Assembly (NCBI GenBank): GCA_013166775.1
Contig: JABLTJ010000009.1
Span: 1 to 64,000, forward strand
DNA length: 64,000 nucleotides
Origin: Promethearchaeati archaeon
Lineage (GTDB): Archaea > Asgardarchaeota > Heimdallarchaeia > Heimdallarchaeales > Heimdallarchaeaceae
Direction: 5' to 3'
Below are positions 10,784 through 20,915 of this stretch, piece after piece. The notes below the pieces were generated by a model. The model made no database searches. It was not told where the DNA came from and saw nothing but the letters and a program-made list of their open reading frames with translations. A program made the position numbers and the translations under genes. Positions within the stretch are counted from its first letter, which is position 1. Every line of letters starts with the position of its first letter.

Positions 10784-12567
10784 TAAGAAACCAATCTCAG
10801 TCAAACAAATATATTCTTGACACTAATTTTTTTATCAGTGGATTTGAGAAAAATCCCTCAGATTTTAACGCATTCCTTAAGATTACAAATGAATTAGGTA
10901 TAGAGCTTTATGTTTCTAACCTTATTATTCAAGAGATTAGATGGTATCTTAGGAGGAGAGTAAAAGAACCAGTTCAGATAGTTAGAGTTGCTTTAAAGGA
11001 TATCAGAGATTTTAGGAATAATTTTAAAAATGATGAATCTGATCTCCCTCATTTAAATGATCTTTCCAATATAATATTAGCTCAAGAGCTAGGTGGGGTA
11101 GTTGTATCAAGTGATTTGAAATTGGTTAAAGCTTGTGAAATCGTTAAAACTCCAGTTCTAATAAGTTCTTCTTTTGCTTTTCTTTTGAAAAACATGAGCA
11201 CAAAAAAAGAGCACAGTGATTTGTTTGAAAAACTGTATGATACTATTCTTTCTGATGAGATCAGCCATTCTGTTGGAAGAAGTCAATTGTATGATCCTGT
11301 TGCAAGAATAAAAAAAATACAGGAGCATGCGTTAGGTGTTCTTCAAAACATAACTAAACCAATAGTAATCCAAGTAGAACCTGCTAGAGATAAATATCAT
11401 CTTCTAGATGAAGAAAACAGTCTAATTGAACTTATGAATGAGATAGAGTTTGAATTCCCAAATTATCTTGAACAATTAGAAAGAGGTGAGTTAGAAGTTC
11501 TTAGATTAGAATTAGGGGAAGTCTATACAGCTTTATCTGATTTATCTTTGGAATTAAGAGTTGCTTTGATGGACAAGGACAGTTATACCGAAGAATTAGC
11601 AGTTAGATTGAAAGCTAGAGTATTGTATTTACTAAGTGTGGTTGAGTTTACTCTATTAGATTTTGAGAAACTAGAAGGGCACTTGAATATAATTACTGAA
11701 ATTTCTTCACTCTATCCTAAACTTGTTTCAGACATATTTATGGATATACATCTACTTCGAATGGTTTATTTTCTAGTCACTGACAATCATGAAAGGTTAA
11801 AAGGTTATTATTCTGAAAAATTCTTGTTTTTATGTGAACGACAGGAACGTATTGATTTAGTAAGATTGACTAGAGCAGTAATCCTTGCATCTACTGTGAT
11901 GGAAAGTGGATTAATTGATAAAAGAGCAATAATTGATGGAAAGGATGAAATTTCCCTAATAATACAGATAGGATATATTCTACTTCAAATGAAGCAATTT
12001 GAACATGCATTGTTAATTTTACTTCAATCTCATTATCTAGCTGTTAATCTTGGAGATCACATACTAGCTAAGGATACATTAGAGCTTCTAGTAATTTTAC
12101 ATTATTCAGTTAAGGAAAAATGCACTGAAGAAATCTATCAAGGTATTGAGGATCTCAAAGAGCTTGGAGTTTTTGAATTACCAGTAATTAGTATTGCAGA
12201 TATGGTTGAATTACAGAGAATGATTACACCTGATTTTGTTCCTGTAGACGATTTATCAGTTATTCTCCAGGATTGGTTCTATATCTATCATTCAGGAACA
12301 ATGGTGAAAGAAGGAGAGATTTTTTCTTTTATTCTTTTGAAAAATCCATATTACTCACCTAGAATTGCACTACTTCTACGTTCGCAATTTTCATCTTATG
12401 ATATAAGCCCTGGAAGACAAATAAAAATCTTTGAAGGAAATGTAAAAACTTCAATACCAAAGGTATCTACAGTTGATGGTTATCCCATAGATATCTTAAT
12501 GGAAGTAGAAGAGAAAAATACGAAATATATCTTCAGAGGACCTTTTGGTATGAAATTGATTCTCTAA
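10780..12567 (+). CDS. PIN-domain protein with C-terminal helical/TPR-like region (longer than ORF-track 11116 start)
   Basis: Frame open from 10762 and encodes YILDTNFF...NDLSNIILAQELGGVVVSSDLKL (PIN) upstream of 11116; start non-canonical (CTG 10780 or ATA 10783), so 5' end uncertain. Confidence 0.7.
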   Translation: MIRNQSQSNKYILDTNFFISGFEKNPSDFNAFLKITNELGIELYVSNLIIQEIRWYLRRRVKEPVQIVRVALKDIRDFRNNFKNDESDLPHLNDLSNIILAQELGGVVVSSDLKLVKACEIVKTPVLISSSFAFLLKNMSTKKEHSDLFEKLYDTILSDEISHSVGRSQLYDPVARIKKIQEHALGVLQNITKPIVIQVEPARDKYHLLDEENSLIELMNEIEFEFPNYLEQLERGELEVLRLELGEVYTALSDLSLELRVALMDKDSYTEELAVRLKARVLYLLSVVEFTLLDFEKLEGHLNIITEISSLYPKLVSDIFMDIHLLRMVYFLVTDNHERLKGYYSEKFLFLCERQERIDLVRLTRAVILASTVMESGLIDKRAIIDGKDEISLIIQIGYILLQMKQFEHALLILLQSHYLAVNLGDHILAKDTLELLVILHYSVKEKCTEEIYQGIEDLKELGVFELPVISIADMVELQRMITPDFVPVDDLSVILQDWFYIYHSGTMVKEGEIFSFILLKNPYYSPRIALLLRSQFSSYDISPGRQIKIFEGNVKTSIPKVSTVDGYPIDILMEVEEKNTKYIFRGPFGMKLIL

Positions 12568-13514
12568 CTACTTTTCCACTTTTGAATTATATCTACTAGT
12601 TCCTGGGATTCAAGTGGATATTTCTTTATTCTTTCTATTAATTGACTAATCTCATGTGTTTTTAATGTAGTAAGAGCTCCATTCTCCATAAGGGCATCTC
12701 TTGCCTTTGTAAAGGAAGTCACTAAATCCTCTCTATCACTTCCAACATAAACTACTGAAAGCAGATTTTCGTATATTTGTTCTGGAGGTAAGCTTTTCCA
12801 ATCCTGAGTTACGTCTGTCATTTCAGCAAAATCAGAAGAAGAAACTACATAACCTTGACCAACTTTCTTGATATTTTCTTTCTGAAGAAGTCTAAAAATA
12901 GCTCTGTTTATTTGATTAGGATCTAGAATAAGTTGTTGAATTATATGCTCTTCAGATAACGGTTTTTCAGCTTTCAGCAAGAGCCCAAGGATTTTCTGAT
13001 CGATTGTACCTTCCTTTCCACTATATTCGATAAGATCTCTTAAGGAGAGAACAAAAGCATCATTTGTTGGTTTCTTAAAATAAGCCATTAGTTTTGCAAT
13101 AATGTCATTAGTTTTATCCGAAATAATTGGTTCAACTTGAGGAGTTGATTCAATTGATTCAGCAATTGATTGTACAGGAGCTGGTGTTGCTTGTTTTAAT
13201 TTCTCAATTTCTAATTCCAATTGTTGAACAGTTTTCTGCAATTCATGCTCTCTGTCGCTTCTAGCTTTCTTATCCTTCTCGAAAAACATTCTTTCTTCTT
13301 CAACTCTATTTGAGTAATTAGCTAGCTCTTGATCCTTTTCAGTAATAACAACATTTATTTTTTGAATATCTGCATTTAACTCTTCTATTTTAGCAGATTG
13401 AACTGCTATTCGTTGCTGAAGTTGGTTGATAAATTCCTTTTGTGCTTGTTCTCGTAACTTAGCTTTTCTTGGATCATCATTTGAATCATCAGAGTCATAA
13501 GGGTTAAAGACCAT
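12564..13514 (-). CDS. Coiled-coil + winged-HTH hypothetical protein
   Basis: N-terminal coiled coil, P/Q linker, KILGLLLKAEKPLSEEHI...INRAIFRLLQKENI wHTH. Confidence 0.7.
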   Translation of the reverse strand: MVFNPYDSDDSNDDPRKAKLREQAQKEFINQLQQRIAVQSAKIEELNADIQKINVVITEKDQELANYSNRVEEERMFFEKDKKARSDREHELQKTVQQLELEIEKLKQATPAPVQSIAESIESTPQVEPIISDKTNDIIAKLMAYFKKPTNDAFVLSLRDLIEYSGKEGTIDQKILGLLLKAEKPLSEEHIIQQLILDPNQINRAIFRLLQKENIKKVGQGYVVSSSDFAEMTDVTQDWKSLPPEQIYENLLSVVYVGSDREDLVTSFTKARDALMENGALTTLKTHEISQLIERIKKYPLESQELVDIIQKWKSS

Positions 13515-13629
13515 CTTTTAAACACCTAAAAGCCTTATTTCTTTTTGAACAAATAAACTTATTCATTTTACTTGTAAACACATAAAATAGTAATAAGAAT
13601 TTAGAAGAAAAAAAGGAAAAAATGGTGTT

Positions 13630-15519
13630 TTACTTGTTATTCCTTTTCAATCTAAGGAGACAGGATAGGCTTAGAATCATTATAATGAATAGATAAAATC
13701 CATTAAAAGAAGTTTTATCTGTTTCTGTTGGAGTTTCTTTTACCCCATATCCTGCTTGCTTCAGATATGATTTAGCAAGGGTTAAATTATATTCATATGG
13801 AAGTAGACTATCATCAAAACCTACGCATTTTTCAGGAACAGGTGTAATTCCTGGTGCACCCAAACCACTAAAGATACTAGCAATAAGATTCTTCCTTGGA
13901 ATACAATGATTTATAGCCTTTCTTACAAACTTAGCTGCTTCGACTGTTCCTTTAGGAGTCAATTCCCCAGTTCCTATAATAGGATGTTTTAGGTTAATTG
14001 ACATTTCTTCATGTTGATTGTCTCTAACTTGGATTCCACTGATTCCAGCTAATCCATCTATATCATCATAAGTTAGTACAGATTTATTAATTAGTTGTCT
14101 TGCAACACTAGAATATGTAAAACACACAACATCAATAACATCTGTATTAAGTTCATCTAAAGCATTTTGGAGATCATAAGAAGTTACGAAAGATAATTCA
14201 TTTAATTTTGCATTAACACCACCAGAAGATACTAAATCACTCCAATAAGGATTAGGAACAAGACTAATTTTATCGGGACGAAAGGAATCTAATTTGAATG
14301 GACCACAAGATTTTACAAGGGAATCTTGAACATTACCTGTAAGAGGTTCCTCATCAAAGATAGAATAACCGTAAGCAATGATAGCAGGTTCAACAAGACT
14401 TCTATCAATAATACCGTAAGAAAGAAGACTTAAAGGAAAATTGTGAATAGATGTAAAAGTAAATTTTACAGTATCTGAATCAATAATCTCTATTGAGTCA
14501 TTATTTTCAAACCAATTTACAAGTTCATTATATCGATCTGGATTTTCTAATTTTTGTGTCATATACAACTCATAAGAATATTTCACATCTTCAGCTAAAA
14601 CTTGACTTCCATCACTGAATTTGGCATTTATATCAGTATCTACTGTTATGCTTAATTTGTTAGAACTAATAGTATAATCACTAGCAATTATTGGACTCCA
14701 CAGATGAGTAAGAGGGTTTTTCTGAAATAAACTACCATAAACGCATTGCGGCCATAAATTGCTAAAATATGAAAAACTTGTTTTAAAGTTATTAGGAACA
14801 AAGAAAGTGGCTGGGACACCATATTTTATAATTTGATCTTCACTATTCATCCAGTTCTCTGCTCTGTGAAGGCTATTGCGTAGTAAGACATCATCGATTC
14901 CTGAAACTTCATTTCTAATAGCCATCAAAGAGTGTTTATAATATAGACATATTGCAGGAAGATCTTCATAAAGGTAAGATTGAAGTTGATGAGCAAAATT
15001 TTCTCTCTTTATCGGATTTTGTTCAACCATGTATTGATTTAGAATATTATCGAAGTTTAAATTACTATACTGATAATGGTTATCACCATTAGGTGTAATG
15101 GCTGCTGTTTCATATAATCCTTGTAAGTTTAGATCTAAATCCCAAGACCAGCCTATGTAGAGGATGTCATATCCTCCATTGGTATACTCTGGAATATAAT
15201 CGTAACCTGAAAAAGGATAGGACCAGGTTCGAGGACCAATTTCAGAATATTTAACTATATTGTTAACAACTTTTATACCAATCTTTGATAATTCCTCTGA
15301 TATAACTTCAGCCCAAGCAATTCTTGAATCTTGTGTATCAGAAATTAGAAACTGGATAGTAAAATATGTATCTTCTTCTACAGAATTAGCTAAAACACTA
15401 AAAGGTATAAAAGACAAGAAAAGGATAATAAAAAAACTTGGTTTCTTTTTCATTTTTTTTACCGTTTGGTGTATCAAAATCAATACCCTTTTTAGTAAAT
15501 AAAAGGTTTTGTAAAACAC
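13630..15519 (-). CDS. Family-5 (peptide/nickel) solute-binding protein, circularly permuted, C-terminally anchored
   Basis: FSDGSQVLAEDVKYSY, GPFKL, VRKAINHCIPR, YNLTLAKSYLKQAGY; true start likely ~15453. Confidence 0.85.
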   Translation of the reverse strand: MFYKTFYLLKRVLILIHQTVKKMKKKPSFFIILFLSFIPFSVLANSVEEDTYFTIQFLISDTQDSRIAWAEVISEELSKIGIKVVNNIVKYSEIGPRTWSYPFSGYDYIPEYTNGGYDILYIGWSWDLDLNLQGLYETAAITPNGDNHYQYSNLNFDNILNQYMVEQNPIKRENFAHQLQSYLYEDLPAICLYYKHSLMAIRNEVSGIDDVLLRNSLHRAENWMNSEDQIIKYGVPATFFVPNNFKTSFSYFSNLWPQCVYGSLFQKNPLTHLWSPIIASDYTISSNKLSITVDTDINAKFSDGSQVLAEDVKYSYELYMTQKLENPDRYNELVNWFENNDSIEIIDSDTVKFTFTSIHNFPLSLLSYGIIDRSLVEPAIIAYGYSIFDEEPLTGNVQDSLVKSCGPFKLDSFRPDKISLVPNPYWSDLVSSGGVNAKLNELSFVTSYDLQNALDELNTDVIDVVCFTYSSVARQLINKSVLTYDDIDGLAGISGIQVRDNQHEEMSINLKHPIIGTGELTPKGTVEAAKFVRKAINHCIPRKNLIASIFSGLGAPGITPVPEKCVGFDDSLLPYEYNLTLAKSYLKQAGYGVKETPTETDKTSFNGFYLFIIMILSLSCLLRLKRNNK

Positions 15520-15661
15520 ATATTGATTCTCATTTTAGTTTAAACAATTCAAACGCAGAGAATTTTTTCTTAAAAAATTCAGTATTTAACTGAAATAAGC
15601 AAGAAAAGATTTATTCAAAAATTTTATTTTTCGAAAAAGAAGGTAAAGATTGATTTTCTTA

Positions 15662-16279
15662 TTATATTCTATCAAATTTTAGTATTTCTCTGATGATTAC
15701 TTCAAAATCAATAGTATTTTTTTCAACAGTTGCATAAGGCCATAGAACATTTTCTGTACTCATTACATAGTCTGCTAATGCCATAACATCTCCTACTCCG
15801 TACCCGAGTTCTTTCTTGTTTCTAGCTAGAAAGTTATCAAAGTTTCTCAACAACACATCTTCTTTTGCTTTTGCTCCTTTTGTTTCCTCGATTCTATCGG
15901 GATTGTTAAGTCGATCAAATCTTGTTTGCATTGAAGTATGGAAAGCTATTACAAAAATATTCTCTCTACCATAGTGTTTCTTGAGAACTTCTATTTCTGA
16001 TGTTGCACGGATTCCTGAAATGAATACCCCAGGAACATCATCAGGTAAAACATCCACTTTTTTCATAAGACGTTCAGTGAAAAAGCTATCTGATATTTTC
16101 TTGCATTCATCTGTAACTTTCTTAATGTTCTCAGGAGTAAAATCTAATCCCCTACCTGTAACTTCTTCTAAAACTTCCGTACCAGTTTCATAAAGAGGCA
16201 TTTTATATTCAGGTCCAATTTTTTTCGCATAAGTTGTTTTTCCACTCAATGGCAGACCAGATAATACTATGATTTTCAT
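15662..16279 (-). CDS. P-loop nucleotide kinase (archaeal dephospho-CoA-kinase-like/UPF0200)
   Basis: GLPLSGKT; ISGIR; RFDRL; ELGYGVGDVMALADY. Confidence 0.75.
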   Translation of the reverse strand: MKIIVLSGLPLSGKTTYAKKIGPEYKMPLYETGTEVLEEVTGRGLDFTPENIKKVTDECKKISDSFFTERLMKKVDVLPDDVPGVFISGIRATSEIEVLKKHYGRENIFVIAFHTSMQTRFDRLNNPDRIEETKGAKAKEDVLLRNFDNFLARNKKELGYGVGDVMALADYVMSTENVLWPYATVEKNTIDFEVIIREILKFDRI

Positions 16280-16434
16280 TTTGCTTCCTCAACTAATTTG
16301 GCCAGAGAGCACACTCTCTTCACAGCTAGCCATAACATAACTCTGAGAGGTCTATGATAAGCTCTGGCCAGAATGATTAAAATATAGATATATAAAAAAT
16401 CGTTGGTAGAAGTATAAACATTTAAGAAAAAGAA

Positions 16435-17652
16435 TTAAAGGAGTCTTTTTTCTCCTTCCAATTTCTGTATTTCAGTCACATTTTGTGTAACTTCTAGAAC
16501 TCCGATGTATTCTCCTTTTTTATTTCTAACAGGGAAATATCTGATAAATATCATCATTTCATTTATTTTCAACCAGAATTCTGCTTTGTCTAGAGTGTTA
16601 TTTTTGAAACCTTCAATTATCTCTAAAACTCTGTCTACACTTTTATTAGGATGACAATTTTCCACTAACCGTCCGATTACGCTAGGTGTTCTAACAAAAA
16701 TTCTATCTGGTCCTTCACTGTAGAATTTTACTGTATCATCTATTCCAACAAATGTGATATCAAAAGGCAGATGTTCAAAGAGCATTTTCAATTCTTCTAA
16801 TGAAAGTTTTCCAGTACCTAAATCGACTTCTCCATCCTTTATTGCTACTTCTTTTTTCACTTGCTCTTTTTTATCATTTGGTCTTTCAGGAGTAAAACAA
16901 CAGTATCCAACTTCATCAAATTGCTCTCTGATATCCTTCCATTCAGATTCTGAAAACAGTTGCATTGCAGTAGGATATAGAACTTTATTTTCCTTAGAGA
17001 AATGACTAGATAGAAGCTCAGCTAAACCATGAGCATAAGTGTGAAATTGCTTTAGAAAATCAGAATATTCAATCTTTTCTTTATTATCCATTAATGAGTA
17101 AAGATTCTTTTCGATGTCTCTAACTCTATCGTGTTCCATCCACATAATCTTTGGAGGTTGAGTAACTCCATACTTCTCTAATACCGAAAATAGGATATTT
17201 TCTTCTCTTAAATAATGACTCTCTGAAGCTTTAAAGTGATCAACAATACTGATGATTTTCTTCATCTCAGTATCGATTTCACCAAACGATTTCTTATCCT
17301 TAATATCTTTATACAAATTTCTCAAGTTATTTGCATATTCCAATAAAATCGCGTGTTCTTGCATAAGGATATTAACAGGATGACCATCAGGTGCTAGATT
17401 CATATCTTCTGTTATTGTCTCTTGCATAACAGCTAGATGAACATCACACATATGATGAATCTCTTCAGCAGGCATCCCTTCTTTTATTAATTGTTCTTCA
17501 GCAACAGAGATTTGAAGAGGTGAAAGTCCTCTAATCAAATCCTTGAATTCCTCTCTAACTTTATCTGGATTTTCTCCAGCATGAAGTTTTTTTATCAAAG
17601 ATTTCATCATTTCTTTATTATCATCTTTTGAATTACTGATTTTTTCGTGCAT
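16435..17652 (-). CDS. DUF438 + hemerythrin + PAS domain protein
   Basis: MCDVH; HPVNILMQEH; HYLREEN; MWMEHD; HFSKEN; C-terminal PAS with NCHP. Confidence 0.85.
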   Translation of the reverse strand: MHEKISNSKDDNKEMMKSLIKKLHAGENPDKVREEFKDLIRGLSPLQISVAEEQLIKEGMPAEEIHHMCDVHLAVMQETITEDMNLAPDGHPVNILMQEHAILLEYANNLRNLYKDIKDKKSFGEIDTEMKKIISIVDHFKASESHYLREENILFSVLEKYGVTQPPKIMWMEHDRVRDIEKNLYSLMDNKEKIEYSDFLKQFHTYAHGLAELLSSHFSKENKVLYPTAMQLFSESEWKDIREQFDEVGYCCFTPERPNDKKEQVKKEVAIKDGEVDLGTGKLSLEELKMLFEHLPFDITFVGIDDTVKFYSEGPDRIFVRTPSVIGRLVENCHPNKSVDRVLEIIEGFKNNTLDKAEFWLKINEMMIFIRYFPVRNKKGEYIGVLEVTQNVTEIQKLEGEKRLL

Positions 17653-17876
17653 TTTTCACAACTCTTCATTTATTTCTGAATTAGATGAATTATAGCTCTA
17701 CTAAAACTTGAGCTATCTCTTCTTCTCAATAGATAAATCTTTGTTTTTTTCAAATAAAATCTTGTTCATAAGAAAGAAAAAATTGAATTCAGAATATAGA
17801 ATATTGGCTGAATGGAAGATTTTAAATGTCAGTAAATGTTCGAAAAACTCGACATTTAGACGGTGAGAGTTCTCTG

Positions 17877-18551
17877 ATGAAACTTAATGAAGAAAAAGAA
17901 GAAATCAATGAAGAGGAATTCATAGAAGTAGATGTTGAGGATTTTGAAAGTGACGAAGTTTCAGAAAAAAAAATAGATCCAGAAGCTGAGTTATTAGAAG
18001 CAGTGAAAAAGGAAATTGAGAAACTAGTTGAGAAAAATAAAATAGATGAGCTAATCAAAAAATACTTTTCATTGTTAAAAGAAATCAATCAGTCAAATCA
18101 ACTAAAAGAAGAATACTTGAAAACTGCACAAGTTGTACAAGCAGAATTTGAGAATTATAAGAAACGGGTTCAAAAAGATAAGGACTGGTCTAATTTCCAG
18201 AATACACAAAAAATTATCCAGAAATTTCTCACGATTTATGATGATATAGAGAGAACACAAGAAATGTTTACCAATCTTCCAGATGTAGGTCAAGTTAAAG
18301 ACGCAGTAAACCTAATTTTTGGTAATCTTAAATCAGCATTTGAGTCACTAGAAATTGAAATCATTGATCCTCAAGAAGAAATTTTTAACCCTCAATTTCA
18401 TGAAGTAGTTTATACCATAGAAAAAGAAGGGATTAAGAAGAACCAAATCATTGAGGTACTTTCAAAGGGATTCAAAAATGAAAGCACTGTTATTAGGCCT
18501 GCTAGAGTTGTAATTGCCAAAATTCCAGAAAACAAGGAAACAGAAAAATAA
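17877..18551 (+). CDS. grpE: Nucleotide exchange factor GrpE
   Basis: AEFENYKKR, FNPQFHEVV, KGF...VIRPARVV; start probably ATG 17877 after GGTGA. Confidence 0.9.
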   Translation: MKLNEEKEEINEEEFIEVDVEDFESDEVSEKKIDPEAELLEAVKKEIEKLVEKNKIDELIKKYFSLLKEINQSNQLKEEYLKTAQVVQAEFENYKKRVQKDKDWSNFQNTQKIIQKFLTIYDDIERTQEMFTNLPDVGQVKDAVNLIFGNLKSAFESLEIEIIDPQEEIFNPQFHEVVYTIEKEGIKKNQIIEVLSKGFKNESTVIRPARVVIAKIPENKETEK

Positions 18552-18688
18552 TCTCGTTTTTGTTATTTTCATTATAAATACAAGCAACAAATTTTAATTA
18601 ATAGTATAATTAAAATGTTTAATAAGAATACATAGAATTCAAACTATTTACATTATTAGTTCTATGAAAAAAATTGCAAGGTATGTGC

Positions 18689-19729
18689 ATGAGCAAAGTA
18701 GGTATAGTTTCATATGGTTCATACATTCCAAGATACAGAATAGCTATAGAAGAAATAGCCAAAATCTGGAATGAAGATGCCGATGAATTAATCTCACAAT
18801 TACAAGTTGTAAGCAAAACTGTTCCAGGTCTAGATGAGGATGTGGCAACGATGGCAGTAGAATCAGCAAGAAACGCTGTCAATAGGTGGGGAGGAAATTC
18901 TAATGATATAGGAGCAATATATGTAGGAAGCGAATCTCGTCCTTATGCAGTTAAACCCACAGCTACAATAGTTGCTGCAGCTTTAGATGCTGAAAAAACT
19001 CTTACGGCAGCTGATCTAGAGTTCGCTTGTAAAGCAGCAACAGCTGGTATGCAAATGTGTATTGGACTAGTAAAATCTGATATGATTGATTATGGTCTAG
19101 CTATAGGATCAGATAGTAGTCAAGCTCGTCCCCGAGATCCTTTAGAATATACAGCTGGTGCTGGAAGTGCAGCATTTCTAATAGGAGAAAAGAATATCAT
19201 CGCTGAGCTGGAAGGCACCTATTCTGTAACTACTGATACACCAGATTTTTGGAGGAGAGAAGGAGCAGTTTATCCAACCCATGGTCAAAGATTTACAGGA
19301 CAACCTGCTTATTTTCAACATACTATTGATGCTTCTAAAGGTTTAATGGAGAAATTAGGTTCTGAACCTTCAGATTACCATCATGTTACCTTTCATCAGC
19401 CTAATACAAAATTTCCACTTTCAGTAGCAAGAATGTTAGGATTTTCAAATGAGCAAGTAGAAAAAAGCCTTATCTGTAAAGAGATAGGGAATACTTATTC
19501 TGCTGCATCAATACTTGGTTTAGCTCATATATTGAATCATTCAAAACCAGGAGAAAGAATTTTCATGACTTCTTATGGGAGTGGAGCAGGAAGTGATGCA
19601 TTTTCGTTTATGGTAACTGATGAAATCGAGAAAATTCAGTCATATCCTTATTCTACAAACTACTACTTGAATAGAAAGGAGATGATCGATTATGGTACAT
19701 ATGCAAGGTATAAAGGAGTGATAAGGTGA
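18689..19729 (+). CDS. Hydroxymethylglutaryl-CoA synthase (archaeal type)
   Basis: GSESRPYAVKP, EFACKAAT (catalytic Cys), HQPN, GNTYS, SYGSGAGSD. Confidence 0.95.
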   Translation: MSKVGIVSYGSYIPRYRIAIEEIAKIWNEDADELISQLQVVSKTVPGLDEDVATMAVESARNAVNRWGGNSNDIGAIYVGSESRPYAVKPTATIVAAALDAEKTLTAADLEFACKAATAGMQMCIGLVKSDMIDYGLAIGSDSSQARPRDPLEYTAGAGSAAFLIGEKNIIAELEGTYSVTTDTPDFWRREGAVYPTHGQRFTGQPAYFQHTIDASKGLMEKLGSEPSDYHHVTFHQPNTKFPLSVARMLGFSNEQVEKSLICKEIGNTYSAASILGLAHILNHSKPGERIFMTSYGSGAGSDAFSFMVTDEIEKIQSYPYSTNYYLNRKEMIDYGTYARYKGVIR

Positions 19730-19736
19730 GATTCTG

Positions 19737-20915
19737 ATGAAACAAAATGTCTACATTACTGGTTTTAGTTCAACGAAATTTGGAGAGCACTATGACAAAG
19801 CTGCTAGTTCATTAGCAACTAAAGCTCTTTTAGGATCAATTAATGATGCTGAAATTAAGAAAGAATCCGTTCAAGCAGCTTTCTTTGGTTCCTTAGTTTC
19901 TGGTAGTAATAGTCAAACATCTATTGGTTCAACTTGTATCAGAGAATGTGCACTACAAATACCTATAACCAGAATAGAAGCAGGAAATGCAAGTGGTGCT
20001 GCTGCATTCCAGCAAGCTTATTCAGGAATTTTAAGTGGACTATATGATTGTGTTGCAGTAGTTGGTGTTGAAAAATTAAGTGATTATGTAATAGGTGGAA
20101 CAATAGAAAAAATTCTGGGAGCAACAATAGACTACCATTGGGAGTTCGAAATGGGCGCAACTTTAGCAAGCTTATATGCAATTCTCACAAAGGCTCATAT
20201 GAAGGAATTCAAAACTACTCTTGAACAGCTTGCAGCAGTTCCAGTAAAGAATCATAAGAATGGTGTTAAAAATCCATTAGCACAATTTAGAAGAGAGATT
20301 TCTTTAGATCGATTCCTCAAAGCAAAGAGAATCGCTGATCCTATAGGTAGGTTTGATCCTGCAACATACTGTGATGGAGCTTCTTCAATTATTCTTTCTT
20401 CGTCCAAAATAATTGCAGAAAATCCAGATATCAAAACAAAAATCCCGATTGTAGGTCTTGGTCATGCTTCAGATACTTTATCTCTTCATCATAGAGATAC
20501 ACTTACTTCACTTCAAGCTACAAAGAAAGCAGCTAATCAAGCTTTTAAAATGGCTAATATTAACGCTAAAGATATTAATGTTGCAGAAGTACATGACTCT
20601 TATCCAATTGGCGAGATTTTAGCAATAGAGGATATCGGATTCTTTCCAAAAGGAGAAGGAGGGAAAGCAACAGAGGACGGATTGACCTCACCTGGTTCTG
20701 AGATAAGCATTAATCCAAGTGGAGGATTAAAAGCTAGAGGAGATCCATTTGGAGCTACAGGAATAGCACAAATTGTTGAAATCGTGAAACAAATGAAAGG
20801 TGAAGCGGGGGAGCGACAAACTGCTGATTTTAACTATGGTCTTACTCAAAATGTGAGTGGTACTGGTGCAATGACGTATGTTACCATATTAGCCCGAGAG
20901 GAGGTTGGAAAATAA
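19737..20915 (+). CDS. Thiolase-family protein (archaeal acetoacetyl-CoA thiolase-like) with divergent active site
   Basis: VGVEK, KNHKNG, DGAS, EVHD, INPSGGL; sits between HMGS and DUF35; EAGNASG and GDPFGATG replace the C and GHP motifs. Confidence 0.85.
   Translation: MKQNVYITGFSSTKFGEHYDKAASSLATKALLGSINDAEIKKESVQAAFFGSLVSGSNSQTSIGSTCIRECALQIPITRIEAGNASGAAAFQQAYSGILSGLYDCVAVVGVEKLSDYVIGGTIEKILGATIDYHWEFEMGATLASLYAILTKAHMKEFKTTLEQLAAVPVKNHKNGVKNPLAQFRREISLDRFLKAKRIADPIGRFDPATYCDGASSIILSSSKIIAENPDIKTKIPIVGLGHASDTLSLHHRDTLTSLQATKKAANQAFKMANINAKDINVAEVHDSYPIGEILAIEDIGFFPKGEGGKATEDGLTSPGSEISINPSGGLKARGDPFGATGIAQIVEIVKQMKGEAGERQTADFNYGLTQNVSGTGAMTYVTILAREEVGK

Noticed and set aside
16299-16370. 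tRNA (72 nt, paired ends, ends in CCA)
   Set aside because: No T-loop GTTC, D-loop or anticodon arm.
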